NCBI GenBank assembly: GCA_951406725.2
Contig: OX597830.1
Location: 2,666,001 to 2,730,000 of the forward strand
Direction: 5' to 3'
Source: Octopus vulgaris
Taxonomy: Eukaryota
DNA length: 64,000 bases
In this document: in pieces, positions 62,428-64,000 of the stretch
How the letters are laid out: every line of letters starts with the position of its first letter
Position numbering within the stretch: the first letter of the stretch is position 1
Program-made: the position numbers and the translations under genes
Notes under the pieces: generated by a model
What the model was told of the DNA's origin: nothing
Database searches by the model: none
The model's input: only the letters and a program-made list of their open reading frames with translations

Positions 62428-64000
62428 TTGACGAACCTGACTCAACAGGTTTCTTCAAGAACTGCAGGTCACTCTACGATCCAAGGTTAGCACAGCAGGC
62501 CATCCTGCGAGCCATGGACTCACTTCATTTGTCGGGTCTTCGAAGTCACAGCATATCTCCAGAGGTCTCGGTCTTTCGTCATAGCCTCTGTGAGGCTCCA
62601 AGTACGAAGGTCATGCTTGACCACCTCGTCCCATGTCTTCCTGTGTCTACCTCTAACCTGGATTCCTTCAACAGTTTGGGAGTGGCACTTCTTCACACAT
62701 CTCTCCTCGTTCATCCTTAGTACATGATCGTACCAATGCAATCGTCTCTCCTGCACACTGCATCCAACATTTCTCTCATGGACACTGACATTACACATCT
62801 AGCTTCCTTTCTTTCAAGCCTACGCATGTACTCTACAGTCACAGCCCACGTTTCACTGCCATGAAGCATAGCAGTTCGCATACATGCATCATACAACGTG
62901 CCTTTCACTCTGAGCGAGAGACCCTTTGTCGCCAGTAGGGGGGGAAGCTTTAAACTTTGCCCAAGCTATCTATACGGATAGCTGGTCCTTCTACTGGGTC
63001 AATATTTGGCAGGCTCTCCTCCTCCCACTCGTTCTCCACATTCAGCAGTCTCACGGAGTGGCTTCTCCAAGCCTCTTTCTTTTCAGAATCACAAAAAGCA
63101 AGTGCCCCATCATCCATTCGAACACATTTCTCCCCTGTGACATCACAATTTTCTCTCACACACTGTCTTGCAATCCGAAATACCTTAGTTCTTTGGTCCT
63201 CACGTCTCTGGACATTGGCAAACATCTTCTTTTCCGCTATGCTCTTGGCTATGTATACCTGCTGCCTAGCCTCCCTTCTGGTTACCTGGTACCGTTCCCA
63301 GCTACCTCCATCCTTCCAGGCTTTTCAGGCCTGTTTCTTTGCCCTGATGGCCTTGTCTACTGTGGAATACCACCACCACGTAACTCTAGCTCTGGAAGGG
63401 ACTTTGCACCAGCCAGAGACTTGGTCTGTGGCACTCAGCAAGCTGTCCCATAGGAATTTCCAGCTACCTTCTATGTCCGATGTCTGTAGCTCCTCCTCCC
63501 TCTTCTCAAATTTCTTGATGAGGATGTCCCTAAATCTCTGACCATGTGAAGGGTTCTTTAGCTTCCAAATCCTTCTTTTTTGGATTGGTTTGCTTCTTGG
63601 TATCCTTCTGGCCTCAAGCGTAAAGTCACTAATGACTAGCCTATGCTGGGGGGTACATTCTTCACCTGGGAGTGTCTTTGCATTTAAGAGCAACCCTGCG
63701 TCCCGCTGTCTGGTGAGGATGAAATCAATCTGGCTAGAAGAGTCACCTGATTGATAGGTTATCAGGTGGCTGTCTGGCTTCCTGAAGTTAGTGTTGCAGA
63801 TTAGAAGGTTACATGCATCACAGAATTCCAGTAGCCTGGTTCCCTCATCGTTTTGAGTGCCAATACCATGGCTACCGTGTACCTCAGTGAAGATACCTGC
63901 TTCCCGCCCGACATGCCCATTAAAACTTCCAGCCACGAAGATGTGGTCATTGCCACTCGTCTTTGAGGTAGCCTGTAGAAGGGTGTCATAAAAGTGGTCC
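62428..64000 (-). mobile_element. Second RTE-clade LINE (APE region and C-terminus, entire RT deleted), continues past the window
   Basis: AGSFNGHVG, NDEGTRLLEFC, QIDFIL, QHRLVISDF. Junction PAIRID|AWAKF. Then MLHGSETWAV, RRLHWYDHVLRM, GRHRKTW. Confidence 0.92.

Noticed and set aside
62926-63541. Plus-strand ORFs of 175 and 194 aa
   Set aside because: They are antisense shadows of the RTE ORF.

Overview
AT-rich, repeat-saturated eukaryotic DNA with no recognisable host protein-coding exon. The SINE families, microsatellite load and RTE/mariner content suggest a cephalopod (octopus-like) genome; this is an inference. The window is a mosaic of decayed mobile elements: two RTE-clade LINEs (both lacking the RT catalytic core, one carrying a C4HC3 PHD finger between RT subdomains 6 and 7), two mariner transposons, CR1, RTE-BovB, R4/Dong and Gypsy relics, a Penelope-like (PLE) GIY-YIG fragment, two tRNA-type SINE families and an RTE 3'-tail repeat. 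The most striking signal is a set of 7-8 unrelated head-to-head foldback (inverted-repeat) inserts, mostly abutting (TA)n/(TG)n tracts. Most of them carry whole or partial minimal type-I hammerhead ribozyme (HHR) motifs with palindromic stem III. A U3-A8 covariant HHR lies just downstream of the PLE endonuclease ORF. All calls were made by eye, and coordinates of decayed elements are approximate.
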